Of a stretch of 64,000 bases of DNA, positions 1 through 9,967 are shown piece by piece. Origin of the DNA: Chiloscyllium plagiosum. Taxonomy: Eukaryota. The position numbers and the translations under genes are program-made. Under the pieces are notes generated by a model, which saw nothing but the letters and a program-made list of their open reading frames with translations, had not been told where the DNA came from and searched no databases. The stretch is from the NCBI RefSeq assembly GCF_004010195.1, contig NC_057746.1, forward strand, positions 24,535,241 to 24,599,240. Direction: 5' to 3'. The first letter of the stretch is position 1, and every line of letters begins with the position of its first letter.

Positions 1-90
1 TCGGCTCAGCAATTGATCTGGCAANNNNNNNNNNNNNNNNNNNNNNNNNNNNNNNNNNNNNNNNNNNNNNNNNNNNNNNNNNNNNNNNNN

Positions 91-330
91 GGTCACTTTA
101 AGAGAGAGTGTCCTGATCCGAAAAAGGAAGTAAAGGCAGTGCCGGTATTAACCTTGATGAAAAATAGAGGTGTCAGGAGTTCCTGCCCCTGGGGACCCAC
201 CAGGAACCCTTGATAAATTTAAAGGTGGGACCTTACAAAGAGGACGTAGTTTTCCTAGTCGCTACGGGGGCAGCAAGGTCATCCTTAAAGTTTAAGCCCA
301 AGGGAGTGGGAACGAAAAGAAAAGTTAATT
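91..330 (+). pseudogene. Endogenous retrovirus (class I, HERV-I-like) gag nucleocapsid end / protease fragment
   Basis: GHFKREC (end of a CX2CX4HX4C knuckle) at 91. After a 1-nt frameshift, a gag TAG at 165-167 is followed in frame by RCQEFLPLGTHQEPLINLKVGPYKEDVVFLVATGAARSSL, the retroviral FLVDTGA protease motif with the catalytic D replaced by A (gct at 261-263). Confidence 0.88.
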
Positions 331-753
331 GGATTATGGCAACAGTTTTATGATGAGAGGCATGAAGAATCAGTTTAGCGTTCATGACGAGATATTGCCA
401 CCAAATTGGGGATTTAATTAACTGCAAAAGGTGCTACAGAATCTGTTGAGATTCTTAAAAATGAATGTGCTCGAGCAAAACAATTACAGAAACAGAATGA
501 GAAGTCACAAATGACTGGTAAACAAACAGAACTGCGCGATTACAGTTTTTAAGATGTTTTAATCACTTGTTGTGTTTCCATCCTGAATTATATAATATAC
601 ATAATTAATAATTAATATTTATAATAATTCAATTGTCTGAATCAATATTAATTGGCAGGATTCCTTCATACATTCTCAGTGACCTGTCATATTGATTCAT
701 GATTAATGACTGAACCAATTCATTATTAATTAAAGAATGGAAAGCTACATTAC

Positions 754-860
754 TGGCCAGAGTGTGTGCAGGCAGTAGTAGCAATAGCCTTATTGGTAGA
801 GGAGAGTCGGAAACTTACTTTTGGGGGGCCTTAGTAGTCAGCACCCCACATCAGGTACGG
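754..860 (+). pseudogene. ERV pol fragment (RT connection/tether subdomain)
   Basis: Translates WPECVQAVVAIALLVEESRKLTFGG/ALVVSTPHQVR (one frameshift in a G run), matching the gamma-like GWPxCxxAxAAxALLVxExxKLTxG..LxVxxPH motif. Confidence 0.85.
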
Positions 861-1035
861 TCAGGAGAAGAAAGGGGCATGATTAGAAGAGCTGCTCTGA
901 GGGAATCCCATGGGTGAGGGAGTGATACCAGCCAAAAACAAATTCCCCAATGTGGACCCACGTTGGAAGGGTATGGATGAACACGATAGAGGAAAAATGA
1001 GGGACTTTTGAGAAATGGTCATTTTGGGTATTAAT
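861..1035 (+). pseudogene. ERV gag capsid fragment (out of normal order)
   Basis: Translates SGEERGMIRRAA.../NPMGEGVIPAKNKFPNVDPRWKGMDEHDRGKMRDF*EMVILGI, resembling the HERV-I-type p30 capsid (EERxxI...KFPxxDPxW...R...GI). Confidence 0.75.
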
Positions 1036-1059
1036 TACGGCACTGCAAGGGCAGGGGTA

Positions 1060-1590
1060 GAGATACATAAAACTGGTGGCTGTCCTTGAGAAATTAATTA
1101 ATAATACCGCCGACGTAATGGGAGAAACTCAGTCCCAAATATCGGCCATAGCCACTGAAATGATTGCCATAAGACTAACAGCCTTACAGAAATGAATGGC
1201 TCTAGACTATCTCTTGGCCGAAAAAGGGGGAACCTGTGCACTGATTGGTAAGGAATGCTGCACCTTCATCCCAGACGCCTCTTCCCTAGTGGAAGATAAG
1301 GCAGAAATAGTAAAGAAAAAGATACAGAATATAAAAGAAATTGAGGATAAACTTTGAAAAGATGAGAAATGGGGACTGACCGGTTGGGGAAAATGGTTAG
1401 CTAATTTAGGCATTAATGTATTACTGATAATAGTAGGTTTAATAATAGGATTTAACGTGTTAAAGTGGATAATGAGTAAGTTGATAATGTCCTTAGGAGG
1501 ACAACAATCAATGATGTCATGACAAAAGTAAGCGCACAAGAAAGAGAGAGTAATAGATTACTCCTAGAGTTTGAAAAAAAAGACTTAGGA
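1060..1590 (+). pseudogene. ERV env transmembrane subunit (gamma-type), disrupted
   Basis: Heptad repeat, immunosuppressive domain LQK*MALDYLLAEKGGTC (1184-1237), CX6CC motif CALIGKECC (1235-1261), then hydrophobic anchor LGINVLLIIVGLIIGFNVL. Contains in-frame stops (e.g. TGA at 1193). Confidence 0.92.
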
Positions 1591-1629
1591 GAGCAGAAAC
1601 GGCAAGATTGTGAACCTCTACACCTTAGG

Positions 1630-1920
1630 GTGAAAAGAGGGCAGAAAATAAAAATTGCAAAAACAACTATCCATTAGGGAGGATAACAGAGACTTTGGGA
1701 GAAATGTCCTCACCAGAGAGTATTAAGAATGTGGAACATGGTGTAGCAATTGAGATGGATAGCACAGATGCATTTCTCGGGGTAGCTAGATAAGACATGA
1801 GGGTGAAATGAGGAGTAGGTTATGGTGAGAAGTGAGATAAGGACAGGAGGGAAATGATTTGGTTTCTTTGCTGTAAGTCCCTGTGCAATCTGCACCCTTT
1901 CTCTGCCTGTGAAGTCATGA
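1630..1920 (+). mobile_element. Polypurine tract and possible remnant of ERV 3' LTR
   Basis: Purine run gaaaagagggcagaaaa directly after env. The downstream LTR boundaries are not resolvable by eye. Confidence 0.35.
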
Positions 1921-1980
1921 ATGCAGAACATGACAACCCATTCATGAGGTCACAGAATGAGAACACGCAGGCATAAGACG

Positions 1981-1982
<2 letters not shown>

Positions 1983-2015
<33 letters not shown>
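1983..2015. repeat. (GT)n microsatellite
   Basis: About 16 perfect GT units. Confidence 0.98.
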
Positions 2016-2016
<1 letters not shown>

Positions 2017-2679
2017 ACAGGTCTGAGAATGGCCTACGAAATGTATTCCCCGGTGTTGACTCCAAACAAAAGTTGTAAAATTGACAAGATGGCATCACAG
2101 GGCAACATGGATATAAAGGTAAGATTCACATTTGGAGGCAAGAGTTCAGTAATAGATGCAATATGCACAAATTCAAATCAGCAATCACTAAAGGAAGTCT
2201 AGATCAGCAGTTAGGCCATTCAACCCTTTGATCCATCAATTTAGTTTATAGTCGTAGAATGATTACAGCATAGAAGGAGGCCATTTGTCCCATCATGTCC
2301 CTACTAGCTCTCTGCAAAAACAACCCACTTAGCCACCTCTACCATTTCCTTGTGATCCCCCTGTTTTTGTCTTCACTCTTCACACAGTATCCAATTATCA
2401 TTTGCCGGCCATAATTGTTCTGCCTGTGCTGCAATTTGACATTCGAGATCTGAATGCAAAAAGTGGGGTTTCCTCATAAAACCCTTTGCTTTTTTTGCCA
2501 AGCAGCTCAGTTTAGTGTCTGCCTGCTGGTTCTCCACCCTGCCAATTCAGCAACAGCTTCTACCTATTACCTTACATAACAGCATTGTGCCCCTTATCTA
2601 AGGAAAGATATGCTGGCATTGGAGGCAGTCCTGAGGAGGTTCACTAGGCTTATACCAGGAACGGATAGCTCTCTTGTAA

Positions 2680-3050
2680 GGTCATAGAGGTTTACAGCAT
2701 GGAAACAGGCCCTTTGGCCCAACTTGTGCATGTCCGTATCCCATCCATGAACCTGTCCAAATGTTTCTTAAATGACAATATTGTACTTGCCTCCACCACT
2801 CCTTCTGGCAGCTCATTCCAAACACTCACCACGCTGTGGAAAAATTGCTCCTTTGGACTCTTTGGTATCCTTTCCCTCTCATCTTAAACCTATTCCCTCT
2901 AGTTTTAGACTCACCTACCACTGATATTTGCTGTTTACCTTATCTATGCCTCTCATGATTTTATAGACCTCTGTAAGGGCAACCCTCAGTCTCCTACTTT
3001 CCAGGGAAAAACATCCCAGCCTTTCCAATCTCTCCTTATAACTCAAACCT
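2680..3050 (-). mobile_element. CR1 LINE 3' fragment
   Basis: Starts with the reverse-complemented CR1 tail (catagag..tacagcatggaaacaggccc) and continues into sequence homologous to the 3' ends of other CR1 copies in the window (7187, 63541). Confidence 0.75.
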
Positions 3051-3414
3051 TAAGACAGATGACCCAGACCAATACTGGAAATCCAGATATGATCTCTGCA
3101 AAACCATCAGGGATGCCAAGAGGCAGTACCAGGCCAAATTAGAGGCCCAAACCTATCAAACAGACTCCTACTGCCTATGGCAACGCCTAAACAACATTAC
3201 GGGATACAAAATGAAGCAGAGCAAGATCATGGACAAAGACAAATCCCTTCCTGATGTGCTTAGTGCTTCCTATGCTTGGTTTGAGCACAATGCCAGCGGC
3301 GTGCCAGTGACGCCTGTCCCGACAGCCCTGGACACACCTATTCCCTTGGTCACCACTGCAGACATCAGATCGGTTTTCCCTGGGAGTCATAGAGATGAAT
3401 AGCATGGAAACAGA

Positions 3415-4686
3415 CAAGGAGAATCAACGTTTCGGGCATAAACTCTTCTTAAGGAATGAGGAGGGTGTGCTAAGCAGGCTAAGATAAAAGGTAAGGAGGA
3501 GGGACTTGGGGGAGAGGCGTTGGGAATGCGATAGGTGGAAGGAGGCTAAGGTGAGGGTGATAGGCCAGAGTGGGGGTGGGGGCGGAGAGGTCGGGAAGAA
3601 GATTGCAGGTCAAGAAGGCGGTGCTGAGTCTGAGGGCTGGGACTGAGAAAAGGTGGGGGGAGGGGAAATGTAGAAGCTGGAGAAATCCGCATTCATCCCC
3701 TGTGGCTGGAGGGTTCCTAGGTGGAAGATGAGTTGCTCTTCCTCCAGGTGTCTTGTGGCCGAACCACCCAGATGGCCTCCTTCTTCAAAGACCGCAATTT
3801 CCCCTCAGACGTGGTTGACGATGCTCTCCATCGCATCCCCTTCACTTCCCGCTCCTCCGCCCTTTAACCCCGCCCCTCCAATCGCCACCAGGAGAGAACC
3901 CCACTGGTCCTCACCTACCACCCCACCAACCTCCAGATACATCGGATCATCCTTCATCATTTCCGCCACCTCCAAACNNNNNNNNNNNNNNNNNNNNNNN
4001 NNNNNNNNNNNNNNNNNNNNNNNNNNNNNNNNNNNNNNNNNNNNNNNNNNNNNNNNNNNNNNNNNNNNNNNNNNNNNNNNNNNNNNNNNNNNNNNNNNNN
4101 NNNNNNNNNNNNNNNNNNNNNNNNNNNNNNNNNNNNNNNNNNNNNNNNNNNNNNNNNNNNNNNNNNNNNNNNNNNNNNNNNNNNNNNNNNNNNNNNNNNN
4201 NNNNNNNNNNNNNNNNNNNNNNNNNNNNNNNNNNNNNNNNNNNNNNNNNNNNNNNNNNNNNNNNNNNNNNNNNNNNNNNNNNNNNNNNNNNNNNNNNNNN
4301 NNNNNNNNNNNNNNNNNNNNNNNNNNNNNNNNNNNNNNNNNNNNNNNNNNNNNNNNNNNNNNNNNNNNNNNNNNNNNNNNNNNNNNNNNNNNNNNNNNNN
4401 NNNNNNNNNNNNNNNNNNNNNNNNNNGCCCCCACCCTGCCCCCACTCCTGCCTATCACCCTCACCTTAGCCTCCTTCCACCTATCGCATTCCCAACGCAC
4501 CTCCCCCAAGTCCCTCCTCCCTACCTTTTATCTTAGCCTGCTTGGCACACCCTCCTCATTCCTGAAGAAAGGCTTATGCCTGAAACGTCGATTCTCCTTC
4601 TCCTTTGATGCTGCCTGACCTGCTGCGCTTTTCCAGCATCACATTTTTAAGTGCTGATCTCCAGCATCTGCAGTCCTCACTTTCTC
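3415..4686. mobile_element. Penelope-like element with inverted terminal segment, inserted in the Rex1 copy
   Basis: 3415-3585 is the reverse complement of about 4427-4600. Internal + strand PLVLTYHPTNLQIHRIILHHFRHLQ is typical of the PLE RT C-terminus. A 12-bp direct repeat catggaaacaga flanks it (3403-3414 and 4687-4698). Contains the gap 3978-4426. Confidence 0.85.
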
Positions 4687-5072
4687 CATGGAAACAGAGA
4701 ACCCAAGTAAAGTGATGGGCCAGGACACTGTCCCAAGCTGAGAACTCAGATCCTGTGCGGACAAACAGGCGAAGATATTCACTGACATCTTCAACCTCTC
4801 CCATCGTGAAGTCTCCACCTGCTTCAAGAAGACCACCATCATTCCAGTACCTAAGAAAGCAAATGTAATGTGCCTTAATGACTCCACTCAGTGGCTCTAT
4901 CCTCCAATAATCATTAAGTGATTCGAGAGTCTGGTCATGGCCCACATCTATTCCAGTCTCCCAGCCTGATTCGATCCCCAACAATTTTCCTACTGATGTA
5001 ACAGGTCCACAGCGGAAACCATATCCCCAGCCTGCACTCATCCTTGGAACATCTGGACAAGGACAACTACAT

Positions 5073-5280
5073 CGGAGTCGAAAGTGTGGTGCTGGAAAAG
5101 CACAGCAGGTCAGGCAGCATCCGAGGAGCAAGAGAATTGATGTTTTGGACATTCCATTCCTGAGGAAGAGTTATGCCTGAAATGTCAATTCTCCTGCTCC
5201 TCGGATGTTGCCTGACGTGACCTGATTTTCCAGCACCACACTCTCAGCTCAATCTCCAGCATCTACAGTCCTCACTTACT
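5073..5280. mobile_element. Short fold-back (inverted repeat) Penelope-derived insertion
   Basis: Arm aagtgtggtgctggaaaag..ggcagcatccgaggagca and its reverse complement ..ttttccagcaccacactct, ending in the PLE tail ctccagcatctacagtcctcactt. Confidence 0.8.
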
Positions 5281-5963
5281 CTTATACCTACATCAGATTC
5301 CTGCTCATTGACTACAGCTCAGCCTTCATCACCATTATTCCCCTTTCCCCCACCTCAGACTGAACTCAAAACTATGTGACCTTGGTCTCAGCTCTGCCCT
5401 CAGCTTTCTGACCCACAGACCATAACAGTCAACACTGGAGCCCTCCAAGAATGCATCCTTAGCCCCCTACTATACTCCCTATATGACTGTGTTGCCAAAT
5501 TCCATCTACAAGTTCACTGATGACACCACCATTGTAGAACAGATATCTAGCCATGACAAGTCAAAATATAGAAGTGAAATGGAAGGCTTGGTGACGTGGT
5601 TCAATGAGAACATCTCTCTCTCAACATCAGCAAAACTAAAGAACTGATCAATGACTTCTAAAAGAAATGAGGAGAACATGCCCCCATCTACATCAACGGA
5701 GCTGAGGTTGAGAAGGTGGAGAGCGTCAAGTTCCTCGGAGTGATGATAACCGACAACCTGTCCTGAACTTGCCATGTAGATGCGACGGTCAAAAAGGCAC
5801 AGCCATCCTCTTACTCATCAGGCAGCTCAGGAAAATTGGTATGTCCATAAGGACCCTCACCAACCACCATTGAAAGCATAATGCACCAGTGCATAATGGC
5901 CTGGTATGGCAACTGCTTTGTCCAGGACCATAAGAAACTACAGAAGGTTGTGTGCACAGGCCA

Positions 5964-6090
5964 GTCCTGAAGAAGGGTTACACCCGAAACATTGACTTCT
6001 CCACCTCCTGATGCTGCCTGGCCTGCTGTGTTCTCCCAGCCTCCTGCTTGTCTACCTTGGATTCCAGCACCTGCAGTTTTTGTTTTGTCT
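5964..6090 (+). mobile_element. Penelope terminal-repeat fragment with hammerhead-like core
   Basis: agtc-CTGAAGA-a-gggt.tac.accc-GAAAC-att-gact followed by gatgctgcctggcctgctgtgttc..ccagc. Confidence 0.7.
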
Positions 6091-6404
6091 CAAGACCATC
6101 ACAGAAGCCAATGTTCCATCCACGGACTCCACCTACATGGTGGCAGTTTAACCTGAGGGTCAGCAGGTCTTTGGCAAAGGGGCGGGTGAAGGAGGGGTAG
6201 ACAAGCAAACGTCTGGGAGAACACAGCAATCCAGGCCGCAGCGGGAGGTGGAGGAGTCAACGTCAAGACGGAGAGGCCTTCACGGTAAACGCAGCTGGTG
6301 CCGCTAACATGCCACCAGCTTCCTATCCACCCGGTCTATGACCCTCATAATTTTGTAGTACTCAGTCAGCCTTCTCTGCTCTGAGGGAAACACTCCCCTC
6401 TGAC

Positions 6405-6572
6405 CTATCACCTCCATCCCCACCCCCATCCACCTACTGTACGCTTTGCTACCTCCTCCCATTTATATCTCCACCCTGGAGGCTCCCCTGCCTTCAGTCC
6501 TGATGAAAGGCGTTTGCCCGGAACGTCGACTCTCCCGCTCCTCGGAGGCTGCCTGACCTGCTTGTGCTTTTC
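6405..6572 (+). mobile_element. Penelope terminal-repeat fragment abutting the promoter minisatellite
   Basis: cctatcacc..ccccatttatatctcc..agtcCTGATGAaaggcgtttgcccggaacgtcgact..gctgcctgacctgct.gtgcttttcc, homologous to 4450-4635. Confidence 0.75.
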
Positions 6573-6873
6573 CGGAAATAGCCGAGCGTTGGCGGCGGGA
6601 ACAGCCGAGGGCCGCGCGGCGTGCGGAAGAAAACCGGAAATAGCCGAGCGGGCGGCGGAAACAGCCGAGGGCCGCGCGGCGTGCGGGAGAAAAGGCGTGC
6701 GGAAGAAAACCGGAAATAGCCGAGCGGGCGGCGGAAATAGCCGAGGGCCGCGCGGCGGGCGGAAGAAAACCGGAAATAGCCGAGCGGGCGGCGGAAACAG
6801 CCGAGGGCCGCGCGGCGTGCGGGCGGGCGGAAGAAAACCGGAAATAGCCGAGCGGGCGGCGGAAACAGCCGAG
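6572..6873. repeat. GC-rich minisatellite, about 60-bp unit x 4.5
   Basis: Unit ccggaaatagccgagcgggcggcggaaacagccgagggccgcgcggcgtgcggaagaaaa starts at 6572, 6634, 6710, 6770 and 6838, with small internal duplications. Confidence 0.95.
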
Positions 6874-7190
6874 TGCCGGGGCACGGCTCCCCCCCATTAC
6901 AGTGCAGACCCCCGGGAGATGAAGGAGCCGCCGCCGCCACCGGGGCCCGAAAGTCGCCTTTAGACCGGACAGCGCTTCCTGACGAAATACAAAGGTGCAG
7001 AGAAAAAAATTTTAAAAAGCGGCTGCCGCGCTGTGAAGATCCCGCTCCTTCACCCGGACGCTTGAAAGGAGGGAGGTAGGCCTCAGCCTGTCCCCGGAAA
7101 GCCTCGGACTCGAGTAGGTAGGGGCAGCCCCGAGGAGGAGGGAGGGGGAAAGGCGAGAAGCCCGGCCCCGGGGCACGGACGGGGGAAATC
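6572..7190 (+). promoter_or_regulatory. CpG island, probable promoter and non-coding first exon of the ZBTB gene (candidate donor GAG|GTAGGC at 7075/7076)
   Basis: The most CpG-dense non-coding region of the window, about 6.5 kb upstream of a coding exon that begins with a splice acceptor. Contains many CGGAA and GGGCGG motifs. The link to the gene is inferred. Confidence 0.65.
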
Positions 7191-7457
7191 ATACAGATGA
7201 CTCTTCGGCCCATCCCGTCCGTGCCGACCCAATCCAGTCCCACCTGCCAGCACCCGGCCCATATCCCTCCAAACTCTTCCTATTCATATACCCATCCAAA
7301 TGCCCCTTAAATGTTGTAATTGTACCAGCCTCCACCACATCCTCTGGCAGCTCATTCCATACACGCACCACCCTCTGTGTGAAAAAAGTTGTCCCTTTAG
7401 GTCCCTTTTATATCTTTCCCCTCTCACCCTAAACCTATGCCCTCTGGTTCTGGACTG
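7187..7457 (-). mobile_element. CR1 LINE 3' end
   Basis: Minus-strand VRVWNELPEDVVEAGTITTFKGHLDGYM, the conserved C-terminus of CR1 ORF2, plus its 3' UTR. Confidence 0.9.
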
Positions 7458-7869
7458 CCCCCAACCCCAGTCTGTAAACGCCTCCGTGCAGGTTTGCAGG
7501 AGGCACTTGGCCTTTCATCAGGGTCAGTGGGCTGCAATTCTTATCAAGCGTTTGGGAATAACCCCAGACAATTGCATGCACGCCCCGGCCTCCAGGATGG
7601 GGCATAACTGTTTGCACATGTTAGCGAGCGGCAGCAAACAGTCCCGGCATAAAGCAAGGACGAGCGGTGCGTTTTGATCAACGTGCGCAGACATAGACTG
7701 GGAATCCAATGGAGAGCTGAGGGAATGCCACCCTGTCTGTGGGTCAGCGCTGAGGGCATGCCTCACTGTCAAAGGGTTAGTTGAGGGAGCGCCGCACTGT
7801 GTGTTGGGGGGGCGGGGGGTTGTGTTGAGTGAGTGTCATGCTATCGGAGCATGAGTATCAAGGGAGCAC

Positions 7870-8125
7870 CACGCAGTTGGAAGGCACTGTGTAGCGATGG
7901 CAGCGTTTTTTGAATGAGATGTTTAAACGTGGATCTATCTATCCTTTTAGGTGAACGATCCATGGCATACTTTGAAGAAAAGCAGGGGAGTTAACCGCAC
8001 CCAATATTCAACAATCAACCAACATCATTAAAAAGCAAATTATTGGGTTGTTGTCACATTGCTGCTTGTGGGAACTTGCTGTGTGCAAATTGGCTGCCAC
8101 ATCTCTTACGAAAGTGACTCCACTT
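7870..8125 (+). mobile_element. Deu-domain SINE (SacSINE1-like), old
   Basis: gaatgagatgtttaaac..gatccatggcatactttgaagaa.agcaggggagtt..tcacattgctg.ttgtggga.cttgctgtgtgcaaattggctgcc. Homologous copies lie at 11850-12190 and 57780-58195. Confidence 0.65.
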
Positions 8126-9744
8126 TATTTACATAAGCTGCTACATAAATTCAGATGTTTGTTTCTCTCTAATTTTCCTCCCTCCAATCATTATCCAGAC
8201 ATTTCACCAATATCGAAATTAATACTATTGGATTTGCTTTTGAAGTGAAAGGGCTGATGGTATAGATAAGCAACAGTCTAACTTATTAAGCACTGTTTTT
8301 AGAGCTGGCCTGTACAGCTTCAGTTGTTTCATTAACACTCTTGTCTCCAATATTAAGTCAGAAGTGAGGACATCATCTGCTGATTGCATAGTGTTCAACT
8401 AAATTTATAACTCATCAGGTTCTGAAGATACCTGTGTCTGCATGCAGCCAGACCTGATAGTGTTTGTGCTTGAGCTGCTAAATAGCAGGCCACGTTCATA
8501 TTGTACAAGTGTTAGGACATGACTATCTCTAACAAGAGTTTGAACCAGCTACTGTTTGTATTTTAAAAGCATTGCACCTCCACTTTTAACATCCTGGAAG
8601 AAGGGGATGTTTGCTGTATAAAAAAACACCAGAAACTCAACTAGATCCAGTGTCTGCTTGATCATTGATTAGAGTAAACACCCTCCGCTATACCAGCACT
8701 GCAATGTACATTGTGTTTAATGTAGTCACCAAGCCTTTTTTGACGTAATCTCCAAAACCGGTGACCTCTACCACCTCTGACAAGCATATTGGCTTTATCA
8801 CGATTTTATCACACCAGTTCCCCTCTGTGTCTTAACACAGCCCTGTGTAGGGCATTAACCACAGTTCCTTCATCGTTGTGAGGTCAGTATCCTGGGCCTG
8901 TTACCAAAAAACACACTGTTTCGATCTCTGTACAGACTTTTTAAAAGTGATCAGAACTTACAGGAAAGAATGACATAGAAATCTTTCTTTGTTCGAAAAC
9001 TTTTACAGCATTGAATCACTAAAATTGACTAAACACTATTTTCTTCTACTTCAGAGTATGTTGCCATGGGGAACGAAGTTTCCTCTTTTCACTTATTATC
9101 CAGTACACTCTTCCCTTGAATTACTTTTAGCAAACAGGCCACAACTTCTCTCAGCTCCCAGTGAGTTCCTGCAACCCTATTTTGTCGAGTGGTAACTTTG
9201 AGTGACTGTTTGCAGGCTCTTTGATTAGATTTCACCCGCCACTACCGGATTCCGATGTTCCTCCTTCCCCTAGCCATGGCACAAGAAAGCTCTCAGAAGG
9301 CTGCAGAATGCCTCTCTTCAATGAGAGACTGATTCGTTCTCTTTCCTCACTGCCCGCTCGCCCCCACCCCCAATCTGAGTGGTGATAGTTTGCAAAGCCA
9401 AAACGGCCTCTTCTCTATGCCAAGCACACACAACTGCTGTCTGTTTGTGGTGTTCGTTGATTCGTAGGGAAGCCTGCAACCCGCTGGCTCTTTGTGTTCT
9501 CTTTTCTCCAATGCAACGTGGAACACCTCTAGTTAGCTCTCCTTGTCCTCAGCTTCTTTCAATTATAAAAGTAAAAGGGCAGTTTACAGCATGACAACTA
9601 CAACACTTTCCTGTAACTTTGGGAGACTCGATTACACGCATTGTAAACACAGAGACTGCTGGCTATATCGTTAAGCTCTCAGCAAAACCGCCCAGTCTTC
9701 CTTTGTTCTTGAGCAATTAAACCACCCAGGCTCACTGTCAGGTA

Positions 9745-9967
9745 TCGAAAACAACAAATGCTGGAGATCACAGTGGGCCAGGCAGCGTCCATGGTGAGAG
9801 AGGAAGCTAATGTTTCGAGTCCAGGTGATTCTTCATCAAAAGAAGAGTCATTTATACTTGAAATGTTAGCTTGCTCCCTCTCCATGGATGCTTCCTGACC
9901 GCTGTGATCTCCAGCATTTGTTCTTCTCAGTACAGATTCCAGCATCTGCAGTAATTTGCTCCTATTT
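9745..9967. mobile_element. Short fold-back Penelope-derived insertion with TSD
   Basis: Inverted arms (aacaaatgctggagatcacag.. / ..ctgtgatctccagcatttgtt) and an 11-bp direct repeat actgtcaggta at 9734-9744 and 9968-9978. Confidence 0.85.

Larger units (their letters stand above)
3050..6145 (+). mobile_element. Rex1/Babar-type non-LTR retrotransposon, decayed and interrupted by nested insertions
   Basis: KSRYDLCKTIRDAKRQYQAKLE near 3080, IFNLS..TCFKKTTIIPVPKK at 4790-4860, LLIDYSSAF near 5300, IYKFTDDTTIV (RT FADD-type motif) near 5505, KTKELINDF and VESVKFLGV near 5640-5740. Many stops and frameshifts. Confidence 0.8.

Noticed and set aside
3728-4618. 296/234/162-aa ORFs here, and the 529-aa ORF at 22460-24049
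   Set aside because: Lengths are inflated by N gaps. The real parts are Penelope and CR1 fragments.
6408-7243. Several 140-250 aa Ala/Arg/Pro-rich ORFs
   Set aside because: Translations of the GC-rich minisatellite, which is open in most frames simply because it lacks stops.
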